In this document: piece after piece, positions 42,299-55,106 of the stretch
Layout: each line of letters begins with the position of its first letter
Numbering within the stretch: the stretch's first letter is position 1
Assembly: GCA_951406725.2 (NCBI GenBank)
Contig: OX597822.1
Location: 23,870,001 to 23,934,000 of the forward strand
Source of the DNA: Octopus vulgaris
Lineage: Eukaryota
Reading direction: 5' to 3'
DNA: 64,000 bases
Position numbers and translations under genes: made by a program
Notes under the pieces: model-generated
What the model saw: only the letters and a program-made list of their open reading frames with translations
What the model was told of the DNA's origin: nothing
Database searches by the model: none

Positions 42299-42361
<63 letters not shown>

Positions 42362-42364
42362 TAT

Positions 42365-42625
42365 CACGTGATCACGTGACCGACCAGTCCATCAGATGTA
42401 GTTACACATCGCTGGTCACAATGCGTTCGCATTGTTTTAGCCTTCGAATGACGCCACCCCGCTGGCTAAGCGAGCAGGCCAACAGAGGAAACAGTGTGAG
42501 AAAGAGTGGTGAAAGAGTACAGCAGGGATCACCACCCCCTGCCGGAGCCTCTTGGAGCTTTTAGGTGTTTTCGCTCAATAAACACTCACAACGCCCGGTC
42601 TGAGAATCGAAACCGCGATCCTATG
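42365..42625 (-). mobile_element. SINE with family-b head and a different tail
   Basis: 42495-42625 matches the reverse complement of ~36770-36905; the tail is unrelated. Confidence 0.75.
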
Positions 42626-42840
42626 TGGTACGATCGTTTCACGCTACATTATTTTATTAAATATTGTAAGTATTACAACAGTTTTAAAATGTTGAGCAAT
42701 CATCAGCCATTTAGAGAGATTTCTTATTATAATCACCCCATGGATTTATATGGATAACACCTTACAAAATTCTGGTGCATCTAACTTAAGTACCATATTC
42801 ATTTGAATCTAAATTTTGCTGAACTTATATATATTTATAC

Positions 42841-42871
<31 letters not shown>

Positions 42872-43399
42872 AAGTGTGAGAGAGACGCACTATATATGCA
42901 TATATATATGTTTAAACAAACATATATATGTGCGTGTGTGTTTGTATGTGTGTATGTATACACACACTCCCTCACTCTCTAACAGATGTACATAGACACA
43001 TACATGTACACGCATATGCGCATACATATAAATATACATACATACTCAAATGCATGCGCAGGTATATGTATACATACTTCTGCTCTTATACTCGTTTCAG
43101 TCACAAGACTAGCGGTTCGGCAAAAGTGATCCGATGGAATATGTACCGAACTTAAAATCCGATGGAAACATGTCGTAGTAAGAGTGATAACTTTGAACAT
43201 GTTTTTGTCTAATAAGACTTCATCAGCGAGGCATTGTCTGGCACGTTCTTGCCGGGTTATAAGTAAATCGTTCTTTTCTGCAGACAAGGTTCGGGCCGTT
43301 AACCAAACAGTTTAAGCTGCTAAGGCACGCTTTCAAACCATTTTTCTTCCTACAGTTCGAAATTGTCAGACAAATGATATTGTTAAAAGTAAAGGTAGA

Positions 43400-43449
<50 letters not shown>

Positions 43450-43656
43450 GTGATGATGATGATAATGATGATGATGATGATAATGATGATGATGATGATG
43501 AAAATGACGATAATAATAATAAAAGGTAAATTTCCTTGGAAACAGCTATTTTTCGCCTTTTTTTTTCTTGGCTTCAGAAATTGGCAATCTCTTAGTTATA
43601 TTAGGTTAGCTAAAATGTCAAAGACGTTAGGAACTGCTGGTAACATTGCTAAGAAA

Positions 43657-43751
<95 letters not shown>

Positions 43752-43826
43752 CATCAGACTTGCGAAATGATTTGAGTTGAAGCAATAGTTGGATGAATCT
43801 CCAAAATATGGCTATCTGAATTATTA

Positions 43827-43888
<62 letters not shown>

Positions 43889-44316
43889 GGTTGCTGATGT
43901 TGTTTTATTATTAATATAATATAACGGTGAGTAATCGAACTAATTTCATCGTTCGTGTTTTAATGTTCAATTTCCTATTGATGGTTAACGTCTATTAAAT
44001 TGTATTTGTGTGTGTGTGTATGTGTGTGTGTATAAACGTGTATTATATATATGTAAGTGTGTGTATAGAAAGCGTAGACGTTATATGCACATACGTGTAT
44101 ATGTGTATATATATATATATACACACGTATACTATATTCAAATACATGTGTGCATATATATTACATATATGAATATATATATATTAAATGAATATAGATA
44201 TATAAAATATTACATGTATATGTATACGTATACATGCTGTATGCATAATACGTGTGTGCACCTGTATATATGTATATATATATATGTATGTGTGTTTGTG
44301 TGTGTGTATACATACA

Positions 44317-44355
<39 letters not shown>

Positions 44356-44501
44356 ACACATGCATATATAGCTATATATTCATTATATATGCATTAAACA
44401 TTATATTTTGGATAATGGAAATTTATATTTGTCCAATGTATTCAATTACATATATAGCACATTTCCATATATATATATAATATATATATATATGTCCATA
44501 A

Positions 44502-44563
<62 letters not shown>

Positions 44564-44834
44564 ATCGATACATACATACATACATATATATATATATATG
44601 TATATTGTGTGTGTGTGTATTTTGGGAAACTGATGATAAGAATTTGTCTTACACCGCGAGCGTCACGCCACTGCGACCATCAGGGGAAACAGTGGCGTGT
44701 AACACGAGGCTCAAGACAAACTCTGTTTCAGTTTTAATGAAGACTATATCCTCCACAACATGTATTGCAACTACTTTCTCATTCGTCTGACATTATGCAA
44801 CTTACATACATACATACAGACAGACAGACAGGTA

Positions 44835-45185
44835 TACTGGCATACATAGTTAAAGCTGACGATCGATGAAAAAGGCAATACCTACGCTGAAATATTGAGA
44901 AATCTGCAGTTATCCAGATTACAAGTTCAAGTTTATATCTGTAATTATTGAAGCACTAGGATATGTAACACACCGCTCTAAATATCAATCTTGAGAAATT
45001 AGGCTTCTCAACACCAGAAAGGAGAAAGCTAATTCAAAGACTACAGATTCAAGCTACCACTGAAACTGTAAAAATCTGCAAAACCTTCCAGAAGTTTACC
45101 ATTTAAATATATATGAGCATGTCTAGATATGTAGCTATATGCATGAGAATACGTACATAAATCAAAACATACGAATCTGCACATA
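44835..45185 (+). mobile_element. RLE non-LTR 3' end in (CATA)n
   Basis: VIIEALGYV...LEKLGFS..ERRKLIQRLQIQ..VKICKTFQKF; second copy at 56570-56760. Confidence 0.7.
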
Positions 45186-45205
45186 TACATACATACATAC
45201 ATACA

Positions 45206-45236
<31 letters not shown>

Positions 45237-45492
45237 TTAATAACGACTCTTTGCAACTTCAAGTTTTTTGGGGCTCTTAAAACAAGCCTAACTCTTCAGG
45301 CATAGATAACCGAATCAGCTGCATGGAGTTGAATCAAACTGTTAAGTAATATATATAACTCTTAATCGATATGTTGTGCCACTATTTTCGTTCGACCGGT
45401 CAATCGCATATGTGTGTGTATGTGTGTGTGCATGAATGTATGTACGTATGTATATATATATATATGTGTGTGTGTGTGTATATACATACTTA

Positions 45493-45531
<39 letters not shown>

Positions 45532-46249
45532 ATATATATATATATATATACATACATACATATATATATACACACATATATATACTACATATATATACAC
45601 GTACTACATATATATACACGTACACCAACATGTGACAAGTACATATATATACATGTACACAACATGTGACATATATACAACTGGTTACCGTAGCCTTGTG
45701 AACTGAATGGTTCTTCTTAGCAGTAACAGTTCAGTTACTTTTAGCGGCTTAGGCAATCAGATCGCACAAGTCTTCTTTATGTTTACATTGACTTACCACT
45801 AACATTCGTTTGTGAACTTTGAAACACGACAATAAACAAATTTCTATACAATCTCATGGCTTGGATCTGACACACCTTAACTTGGCGCTCCTGTGTACAA
45901 AGTCGTCAACATGCTTGATTGAACTGTAAACAATAACACAATTCCTAGAACAAACCAAACAAAATCTTTCAACTACATCCTTCTATTGACACTGATCCTA
46001 CAAACATACTTTCCCCTATCATTTTCTATCTCTTTTCCTATATTTCTGCTTGCCCGGCGTACATACACCAAACCTAATTATCATTTCACATAGCTCCACC
46101 TATCCCAGAACAAGAACTTATCAACGACTATATATAGCTAAGAGAAGCCCCGGCGTAGTACAGTCTGACGAAGGTTAACAGGCCTAATTTTCGAAGTCAC
46201 TGTCAATCTTCTTGTAAAACTTGAATGTGTTATATATATATATAGAGAT

Positions 46250-46317
<68 letters not shown>

Positions 46318-46747
46318 GATTGACTCCCAAATGGGAATTTTACTCATTATGCAATGAACGATATACAGCTGTGAATATGGAAAGCAATTAATAAAAAAGA
46401 AATCAATTGTATTTATTGACCAGTAAGCTTTAAAAGACATTCAATCAGTGAGACCTATTATTTATACATATTGTCCCATTATACCCCGCTGCAAAACTAC
46501 ACAACAAAAAATGTTATGATAAAAAGTATCATTGCTATTTGTTTTAATGGCTTCAGAAAAGCCAGCACAGTATAGACAAGGTTTCGTATTCGTCATGCAA
46601 ACAGTTTTAGCTAAAACATTTACAGTAAGGCATTTTGTCCGTCTCGTTACTGGTTTCTTAAACATGTTGCACAAATAAAACATAGGTTATATGTCTGAGA
46701 AAGATATGGTTATGTGGTTGCCTGATTGTATGGTGAAGATATCTGGC

Positions 46748-47135
46748 AGGCGTGGTTGTATGGTAAGAAGCTTACTTCCCAACCATATAGTTCCGAGTTC
46801 AGTCCCACTGCGTGGCACTTTATGCTTACATTGAGGCCTTAATTTATCACCAGTTAAATACTGGTTCATCTCCTTCTCGATCTCTTGCCTGTTACAGGCA
46901 TTGAGAGTACAGTCAATGGCCAAGAGAAACGTGCAAACAAAATCTTCTTTCACTCCAGTGGCCACAGGAAGACGGCAGCCATTTTGTCCAACGTCTTCTG
47001 CCACACAGAGATCAACAGAATAAGTACCAGGTTTGAAAAAAAGTACTGAGGCGATTCATTCGACTAAAACTTTTGAAGGCGAGGCCCCAGTATGGCCGTA
47101 GTCTAATGAGTGAAACAAGTAAAAGGCAAAAGATA
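46748..47135. mobile_element. Family-a SINE ends (plus) bracketing a decayed RTE RT fragment (minus, ~46820-46990)
   Basis: VKEDFVCTFLLAIDCTLNA resembles the RTE FLFADDCALNA motif. Confidence 0.55.
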
Positions 47136-47580
47136 AAAAGATATGATATGTGGTCCTGGATACGACACCACCTTATTACACTCCAGGTAAATATCATCTG
47201 CCATGTGTTTTGAGTGTAGCTTTAGTAGATGGGAAAATGTGGACACCTCATAAAGGATAAGATGCGCATGCACGTGCATCAAACAAACACATGTTGAATA
47301 CATATATTTATATATGTTGGTATGCACAAAAGTTCTTGCATAATGTAATTTATTTATGGTGAACGCAAATTGTTAGAAAAATCATTGCATGGGAAATAGC
47401 AATTAAGATAACCCTATAAATTACCCCCCATCATCCGTGTATCTATTTAGAAGTCTTGCATATCTTCGCGGAATCTCGTGTATTCTCATCCGAAACGGAA
47501 ATGATTACTAGCATTTAAAATGGATCGCTTAAAGATTGTGGAAATTCTTTCCACATGAAACCATTGATAGTGTTGTTAAT

Positions 47581-47648
<68 letters not shown>

Positions 47649-48428
47649 CATATATATGTATATATATACATATATTTGTATATACACTTGGAAATAGATG
47701 CGTGGCTTTCGATCATATAATAATATAAATAATATATAAATATATGCATATATACATACAGATATGTACATACCTACATATATATGTATATATACATGTA
47801 TATATGGGTACAGTACATCAAAAAAACGTAGGCAAAATGAGAAACAAGAACATAAAAAACGAAAACATAGAAAACGAACTTTATTCGAAAAACGAAAGGA
47901 ATAGACAAAATGACGTATATGTTGAGGCGGAAATTGGAAATACAAAAGACATTTAAATCAGCTAAAAAATAGATGTATGGAAAAGAGAAAAAAGATACCC
48001 ACAGAAGTGTTCTACGACACCTTTGATGTTTCAGTACCACAAGAAGTCGAACCTAGGTATAGCAGTACAAGAAAAAAGAAACAAAGAGAACGGTTGGAAG
48101 TAGTGCCTAAACGGAAAAAATATTAAACTTCCCTAGGAAATAAACCTCAAAGGGGAAGATATTGTGGCGAAAGTCATTGACACTCCTATGGGATTGGAAG
48201 AATGGACTAGCGGAACTCATGTAAAGAGTAGCGTATTGATCGAGACGACAGAAATCGTATGAGTCGTTCAGAGTTCGTGGAGGTCGTTGGGAGTTTGTAT
48301 TTATTGGAGTATCGTGTTTAGTGGAGTAATTTGAAGTACGTCGTGTGAAGACAGCTGCATCTTCCCCCGCTTCGCGAAATCTGTATAGCCAACGTATAGA
48401 AGGATATAAAAGTATGTATGTATGTACA

Positions 48429-48601
48429 CAGGGTGTCCATGAATTGCGCTTACAATTTGAAAAATTCAGGAAAAAATTAAGGATAACTCAACAGAAGTTT
48501 ATTGGTCGATGTGGACCCCATTGGGTGCACGCAGGCTTCTAAGTTATCCTTTCTTTCTGGATTTTTCAAATTGTAAAGACAATAAATTTATGGACACCCT
48601 G
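48429..48601. mobile_element. Tc1/mariner-type MITE
   Basis: CAGGGTGTCCAT...ATGGACACCCTG followed by TA; ~60-bp imperfect TIRs. Confidence 0.8.
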
Positions 48602-48972
48602 TATATATGTATATGTATAGACATATAACTGACCCTCCGTCGGTTACGATGATGACAGTTCCAGTTGACCCAATCAACAAAACAGCTGCTCGTGAAATTA
48701 ACGTGCAAATGGCTGAGCGCTCCGCAGATAGAAGGACCCTTAACGTAGTTCTCAGGGCCCTTTGAATTACAGGCACAACACATTTTTGTCAGCTGAGTAG
48801 ACTGGAACAACGTGAAATAAAGTGTCTTTAGCCTCATAGACGTCCGCGAGGCTAAAGTCTTTGTGGATGCGAAACCATTGGTCACTCTATGACCGGACAT
48901 AACTTAATTGCTTTTAATACATTTTTGGACTATGCTTTAGAGTGTATTTTTTTCGGATGTGACTCATTGACG

Positions 48973-49003
<31 letters not shown>

Positions 49004-49223
49004 AGTCAATTTAGGGTAGCAAAAAAATTCAATAGAAATTTATCGCTACCAACGGCCTAGTGGAAAAGAGAAAATAGTCAACGACTAAGTATATAAATAT
49101 AACAATTTAGGAATGACCCTAACAGGTCATTCGTCCACCAGAAAGAGCAGCCATAACTCACACCGCCAAGTAGTAGTAATTCAAAATTAGGTGAAAATTC
49201 AAAAACATTTACCCTAATTCATC

Positions 49224-49321
49224 TTTTAGACGTTGCAACGTTTCTGTGTCATTAATGATTAAATTAGCTTAATTAAATTAAATTAAGCTAATCTACCATA
49301 GGTTACACTTCATCAGTAAAA
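49224..49321 (-). ncRNA. Type I hammerhead ribozyme, array copy 1
   Basis: Reverse complement of TTTTA-CTGATGA-stem II-GAAA-CGTTGCAAC-GTC^TAAAA. Confidence 0.78.
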
Positions 49322-49697
49322 AACCTGGGAGAGACAAATATACACGAGGCGTCTGTATCGATGCCTAGGGAATATCTGTCTTAAAATTTTCAAGACTGAC
49401 GTATTCGCGCCAAACTTATCAGCAGTAAATATAAACTGCCGATTCAATCTCAGAATTATTCAGAAAATTATCAATTAGTCAATTTAGGGTAGCAAAAAAT
49501 TCAATAGAAATTTATCGCTACCAACGGCCTAGTGGAAAAGAGAAAATAGTCAACGACTAAGTATATAAATATAACAATTTAGGAATGACCCTAACAGGTC
49601 ATTCGTCCACCAGAAAAGAGCAGCCATAACTCACACCGCCAAGTAGTAGTAATTCAAAAATTAGGTGAAAATTCAAAAACATTTACCCTAATTCATC

Positions 49698-49795
49698 TTT
49701 TAGACGTTGCAACGTTTCTGTGTCATTAATGATTAAATTAGCTTAATTAAATTAAATTAAGCTAATCTACCATAGGTTACACTTCATCAGTAAAA
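49698..49795 (-). ncRNA. Type I hammerhead ribozyme, array copy 2
   Basis: Identical motif 474 bp from copy 1. Confidence 0.78.
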
Positions 49796-50230
49796 AACCT
49801 GGGAGAGACAAATATACACGAGGCGTCTGTATCGATGCCTAGGGAATATCTGTCTTAAAATTTTCAAGACTGACGTATTGCGCCAAACTTATCAGCAGTA
49901 AATATAAACTGCCGATTCAATCTCAGAATTATTCAGAAAATTATCAATTAGTCAATTTAGGGTAGCAAAAAATTCAATAGAAATTTATCGCTACCAACGG
50001 CCTAGTGGAAAAGAGAAAATAGTCAACGACTAAGTATATAAATATAACAATTTAGGAATGACCCTAACAGGTCATTCGTCCACCAGAAAGAGCAGCCATA
50101 ACTCACACCGCCAAGTAGTAGTAATTCAAAAATTAGGTGAAAATTCAAAAACATTTACCCTAATTCATCTTTTAGACGTTGCAACGTTTCTGTGTCATTA
50201 ATGATTAAATTAGCTTAATTCTCCCAGGTT

Positions 50231-50328
50231 TTTTACTGATGAAGTGTAACCTATGGTAGATTAGCTTAATTTAATTTAATTAAGCTAATTTAATCATTAA
50301 TGACACAGAAACGTTGCAACGTCTAAAA
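50231..50328 (+). ncRNA. Type I hammerhead ribozyme, array copy 3
   Basis: CTGATGA 50236-50242, GAAA 50308-50311, GTC 50321-50323, stem I TTTTA/TAAAA. Confidence 0.78.
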
Positions 50329-50704
50329 GATGAATTAGGGTAAATGTTTTTGAATTTTCACCTAATTTTTGAATTACTACTACTTGGCGGTGTGAGTTAT
50401 GGCTGCTCTTTCTGGTGGACGAATGACCTGTTAGGGTCATTCCTAAATTGTTATATTTATATACTTAGTCGTTGACTATTTTCTCTTTTCCACTAGGCCG
50501 TTGGTAGCGATAAATTTCTATTGAATTTTTTTGCTACCCTAAATTGACTAATTGATAATTTTCTGAATAATTCTGAGATTGAATCGGCAGTTTATATTTA
50601 CTGCTGCTAAGTTTGGCGCGAATACGTCAGTCTTGAAAATTTTAAGACAGATATTCCCTAGGCATCGATACAGACGCCTCGTGTATATTTGTCTCTCCCA
50701 GGTT

Positions 50705-50802
50705 TTTTACTGATGAAGTGTAACCTATGGTAGATTAGCTTAATTTAATTTAATTAAGCTAATTTAATCATTAATGACACAGAAACGTTGCAACGTCTAA
50801 AA
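50705..50802 (+). ncRNA. Type I hammerhead ribozyme, array copy 4
   Basis: CTGATGA 50710-50716, GTC 50795-50797. Confidence 0.78.
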
Positions 50803-51180
50803 GATGAATTAGGGTAAATGTTTTTGAATTTTCACCTAATTTTTGAATTACTACTACTTGGCGGTGTGAGTTATGGCTGCTCTTTTCTGGTGGACGAATG
50901 ACCTGTTAGGGTCATTCCTAAATTGTTATATTTATATACTTAGTCGTTGACTATTTTCTCTTTTCCACTAGGCCGTTGGTAGCGATAAATTTCTATTGAA
51001 TTTTTTTGCTACCCTAAATTGACTAATTGATAATTTTCTGAATAATTCTGAGATTGAATCGGCAGTTTATATTTACTGCTGATAAGTTTGGCGCGAATAC
51101 GTCAGTCTTGAAAATTTTAAGACAGATATTCCCTAGGCATCGATACAGACGCCTCGTGTATATTTGTCTCTCCCAGGTTT

Positions 51181-51278
51181 TTTTACTGATGAAGTGTAAC
51201 CTATGGTAGATTAGCTTAATTTAATTTAATTAAGCTAATTTAATCATTAATGACACAGAAACGTTGCAACGTCTAAAA
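51181..51278 (+). ncRNA. Type I hammerhead ribozyme, array copy 5
   Basis: CTGATGA 51186-51192, GTC 51271-51273. Confidence 0.78.
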
Positions 51279-51671
51279 GATGAATTAGGGTAAATGTTTT
51301 TGAATTTTCACCTAATTTTTGAATTACTACTACTTGGCGGTGTGAGTTATGGCTGCTCTTTCTGGTGGACGAATGACCTGTTAGGGTCATTCCTAAATTG
51401 TTATATATATATATATATATATAGTAGAAATATGTTACGAAAAAAATATAAAATACACGTGGAAATGTAAGGGTAAAATATGAAAAGTCAACGAAAATGC
51501 ATATTGCAAATAGAAAAAGGCTATTTATGAGAGGTAACGACAAATATATACATTTAGATTGACTGAGGTAGTAATACGAGTCATAAAAGTCATTATTATG
51601 AGATGATTGATTATAAGATGATAATAAAGTAAGAGAACAAAACGAACCAATAGTTTACGCAAAGCATACAT

Positions 51672-51728
<57 letters not shown>

Positions 51729-52519
51729 GACACGCAACAGGTTTCTGCCAATTTCAGTCTAATAAACCCACTCACAAGACTTCGGTGACCTAGGACTATA
51801 GTAAAAGAGATTTGCTTAAAATGCCACGCAGTGGGATTGACCCCAGAACCAGAGTGATAAAAAAGCAAACTTCCTAACCACACATCCACCTCTGTCACTA
51901 TACAATAACATTACACCTCTTCCATTACATAATATAATCATGACTCCTCCCATTATACTTCTCTGCTGTTACGTCATGAATCTCATTAAACATTTCATCT
52001 ATTACATAACATAATCCCATCCCTTCACCTCTTATTATAGTCCCTTTAATAGCTTCGTAATATCTGTGAAATCTCCCACCACATCTATCAGCAAAAAGAA
52101 GCAGAATTTACAAAATATTTGTTGATAAACTTCGAATATTACATCATAACATCTGAACGGAGATATGATCTATTTACCCCGTTAGATAAATATTTACACC
52201 CAAGGTGGTAAATTCATGCACCACCAAACCCAGTTGAGAAGCCCTGATGCAAAAGCTTCAAAGTATAAATTACAAACACAAACAGAGGATATTTTATATG
52301 TTTGAGTGTTAAATATAGAATCAATTATTTCCTCTTTCATTGTCAAAGATATTTATCGATGAATGAATATCGACTCCATAGATTACAGGAGAGAAGAACG
52401 TAGAGAGTAAGAGACAGTTAGGGGAAGTAGAGGAGCAAGAGTGGGAGTGAGAGTTGTGCTTGCATTTCTGTTTCCATTAGCAATATTTTGTAATATGTTT
52501 AGTCAAATAAATAAAACCA

Positions 52520-53080
52520 TTGGCTTGGCTTGGCTTGGTTTCACTTGGCTTGGCTTGGCTTGGCTTAGCTTGTCTTGGATTGGTAAGGCTTGGCTTGGAT
52601 TGGATTGAATTGGCAAGACTTGACTTTGTTTGGCTTCACTTCACTGAGCAGTGTTGGCTTTGACTTGGCTTGGCTTCACTTCACTGGACAGAGCTTGGCT
52701 TGGCTTGGCTTGGCCTGGTTTCACTTGGCTTGACTTCACTTGACAGTGTTTGACTTCACTTGGTTTGGCTTGGACGGGATTGATAAGGCTTGTCTTGGAT
52801 TGGATTGGCAAGGTTTGATTTGGCTTGGTTTCACTTGCATTTGGCAGTACTTGGCTTGGCTAGGCATGCAGGCTGGACTACTTGAAATGTTCGCTAGGCT
52901 GTGCTGGTTGTTTTCACTTGGCGAAACTGTGCTGGTTGGACATGGTCGAGCTGACTAGGCATTTAGAGCACAGCTGGACTGGATTGGGCTGGGCTGAGTT
53001 GGTCTTGACTGAGCTTTTCTAGGCTGGGCTGGGCTAGACTGGGCTGGCTTAGGCTGAGCTGGGTTAGTCTGGGCTAGACA
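52520..53080. repeat. Degenerate pentamer satellite, (TTGGC)n grading to (CTGGG)n
   Basis: Visible 5-bp periodicity. Confidence 0.85.
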
Positions 53081-53114
53081 GGTGGCCTGAATGATAAAAA
53101 TAAAAATAATAATT

Positions 53115-53330
53115 CTTCCTGCTAAAGGCACAAGGCCTGAAATTTGGGGTGGGAAGGGGACTAGTCAATTACATTGACCTCAGTGTTTCACTGATATTTA
53201 ATATATTGACCCTGAAAGGATGAAAGGCAAAGTCAACCTCAGCGGAATTTGAACTCAGAACGTGAAGACGGATGAAATGCTGCTAAACATTTTGCCCAAT
53301 GTGCTAATAATTCAGCAGGCTCACTGCTTT
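53115..53330 (-). mobile_element. Family-d SINE, CpG-decayed
   Basis: Core with CG to TG/CA changes relative to the 15.7-16.1 kb copies. Confidence 0.8.
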
Positions 53331-53344
53331 ATATAATGATAATA

Positions 53345-54855
53345 ATTTCAGCTTTTCTTACCAAGAAAGGAACTGAAAATTATTTAAGAATGATCCCTGG
53401 TTTACCATCCATACAAGAAGTGCAAAAGATTGTTTTAACTGCTAAGTCACACATATTGAGAAGAGCATTGTCATTGTGAATTTTCTTTCCTTCCCACCTC
53501 CACATCTTTTTCTTTTTATCCCATTTTATCCCTATTTTTTATTTTTTCCCTTCCTTTCTATCATATAACTTAACTTTGTAAATGAAGAATCTAGTGTTTA
53601 CATTTTAATGGTCTACTGATGTATACAGCGAGTTTCTTTGCTCTCACTGTCAAGAAGACACTTGACAAGAAATGGAAACAAAATTGAAAGAAGAAAAACA
53701 ACAATAATAATAATAATAATGATAACAATAAGTGAAACCCTTTGGCATATTACCAGTTAATGTATGCCACTAACTCAAAAGGAATATAAGAGATGCCATG
53801 ACAATATAGCCAGGCTTGTCCATTGGACACTTTGCACCAAGAATGGGCTTGACAGAGCAAAAAAGTGGTATGAACATAAACCTGAAGGCATCATCAAAAA
53901 TGAGAATGCAAAGATCCTATGGGATTTTATGATTCAGTAACGACCATGAGGTAGAGAATAGGAAGCTGGACATAGTCTTAATTGAGAAAGAAAACAAACT
54001 ATGCTGGATCATAGATATAGCATGCCCAGCTGACAACAAGGTATGCGATAAGGAAGAAAGAAAAGTTGAGAGATATGACAGGTTAACTTGGGAAGTTAAG
54101 TAGTTGTGGTTGATGAAAAAGGTAGCAGTATTACCAATAATTGTCGGAACCCTGGGAACAGTGAGCAAAAATCTCGAGAAGTATGTAGAACAAATAGGGG
54201 CTGCAATAAGGGTGGAGCACTTGCAGAAGACAGCACTGCTTGGAACCGCTTGAATTCTCCGGAAGGTGCTTGAAAAATAAGAGGTGTTACCTTAGTTGAC
54301 TGGTAGTGAACAGCTGACACTGTAGTACATCTCCAGCATTAGGAGCTGTGCAAAGGCAATAATAATAATAATAATAATAATAGATCCAGTGTGAAGAATT
54401 GCAAAATTCTGTGGGATGCAATGATCCAGTACAATAACCCGACTAGACATCAGAAACTGGACATTGATTTGGTGAATAAAAAAGAAAGAATATGCATGAT
54501 AACCGACATAGCATGCCCTGGTGATAACAGGATCAATGTGAAGGGAAAATAAAAAATAAACAACTATGACAATTTGAAGTGGGAAATATGAAGGTTTTGG
54601 TCAATGAAGAGAGTGGATTTGATACCAATAGTAATTAGTGCACTTGGAAGTATCAGCACTCAACTACCAACATGGTTCAAAAAGATTGGTACAAGTGTGA
54701 AGGTAGAACACCTACAAAAACCAGCATTGCTTAGAACTGCAAGAATTCTTTGCAGGCTTCTTGAAGCATGACCAGTAAACAAGTGTCACCGTAGTCTGCT
54801 GGCTGTGGACAGCTGACACTTTCCATCATACCCAGCAAAATAAGCTGTGAGTTCT
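53345..54855 (+). mobile_element. Cluster of three decayed R4/Dong-like 3' fragments separated by (TAA)n
   Basis: LPSIQEVQKIVL..HILRRAL; ILWDFMIQ, IIDIACPAD, KTALLGTA; ILWDAMIQ, DIACPGD. Confidence 0.8.
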
Positions 54856-55106
54856 CATCATCATCATCGTTTAGCGTCCGCTTTCCATGCTAGCATGGGT
54901 TGGACGGTTCAACTGGGGTCTGGGAAGCCAGAAGGCTGCACCAGGCCCAGTTGAACCGTCCAACCCATGCTAGCATGGAAAGCGGACGCTAAACGATGAT
55001 GATGATGATGATGATGATGATAACTCACAGCTTATTTTGCTGGGTATGATGGAAAGTGTCAGATGTTCACAGCCAGCAGACTAAGGCGACACTTGTTTAC
55101 TGGTCA
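54769..55106. repeat. ~150-bp-arm foldback built from two TE pieces
   Basis: 54769-54923 versus 54941-55106 in reverse complement; inner arm almost perfect. Confidence 0.9.

Larger units (their letters stand above)
49002..51406. repeat. ~474-bp tandem plus inverted array of hammerhead-bearing units (candidate non-LTR retrozyme)
   Basis: Units start at 49002, 49475, 49948 (partial to 50220); inverted units start at 50221, 50695, 51170 (partial); (TA)n on both flanks. Confidence 0.93.

Noticed and set aside
46462-46683. Cys-rich 73-aa ORF
   Set aside because: No recognisable family motif or exon signals
49002-51406. CRISPR array, or a coding repeat (ORF 51247-51543)
   Set aside because: No repeat-spacer alternation, no cas genes, eukaryotic context; the ORF starts outside the array and crosses a (TA)n tract
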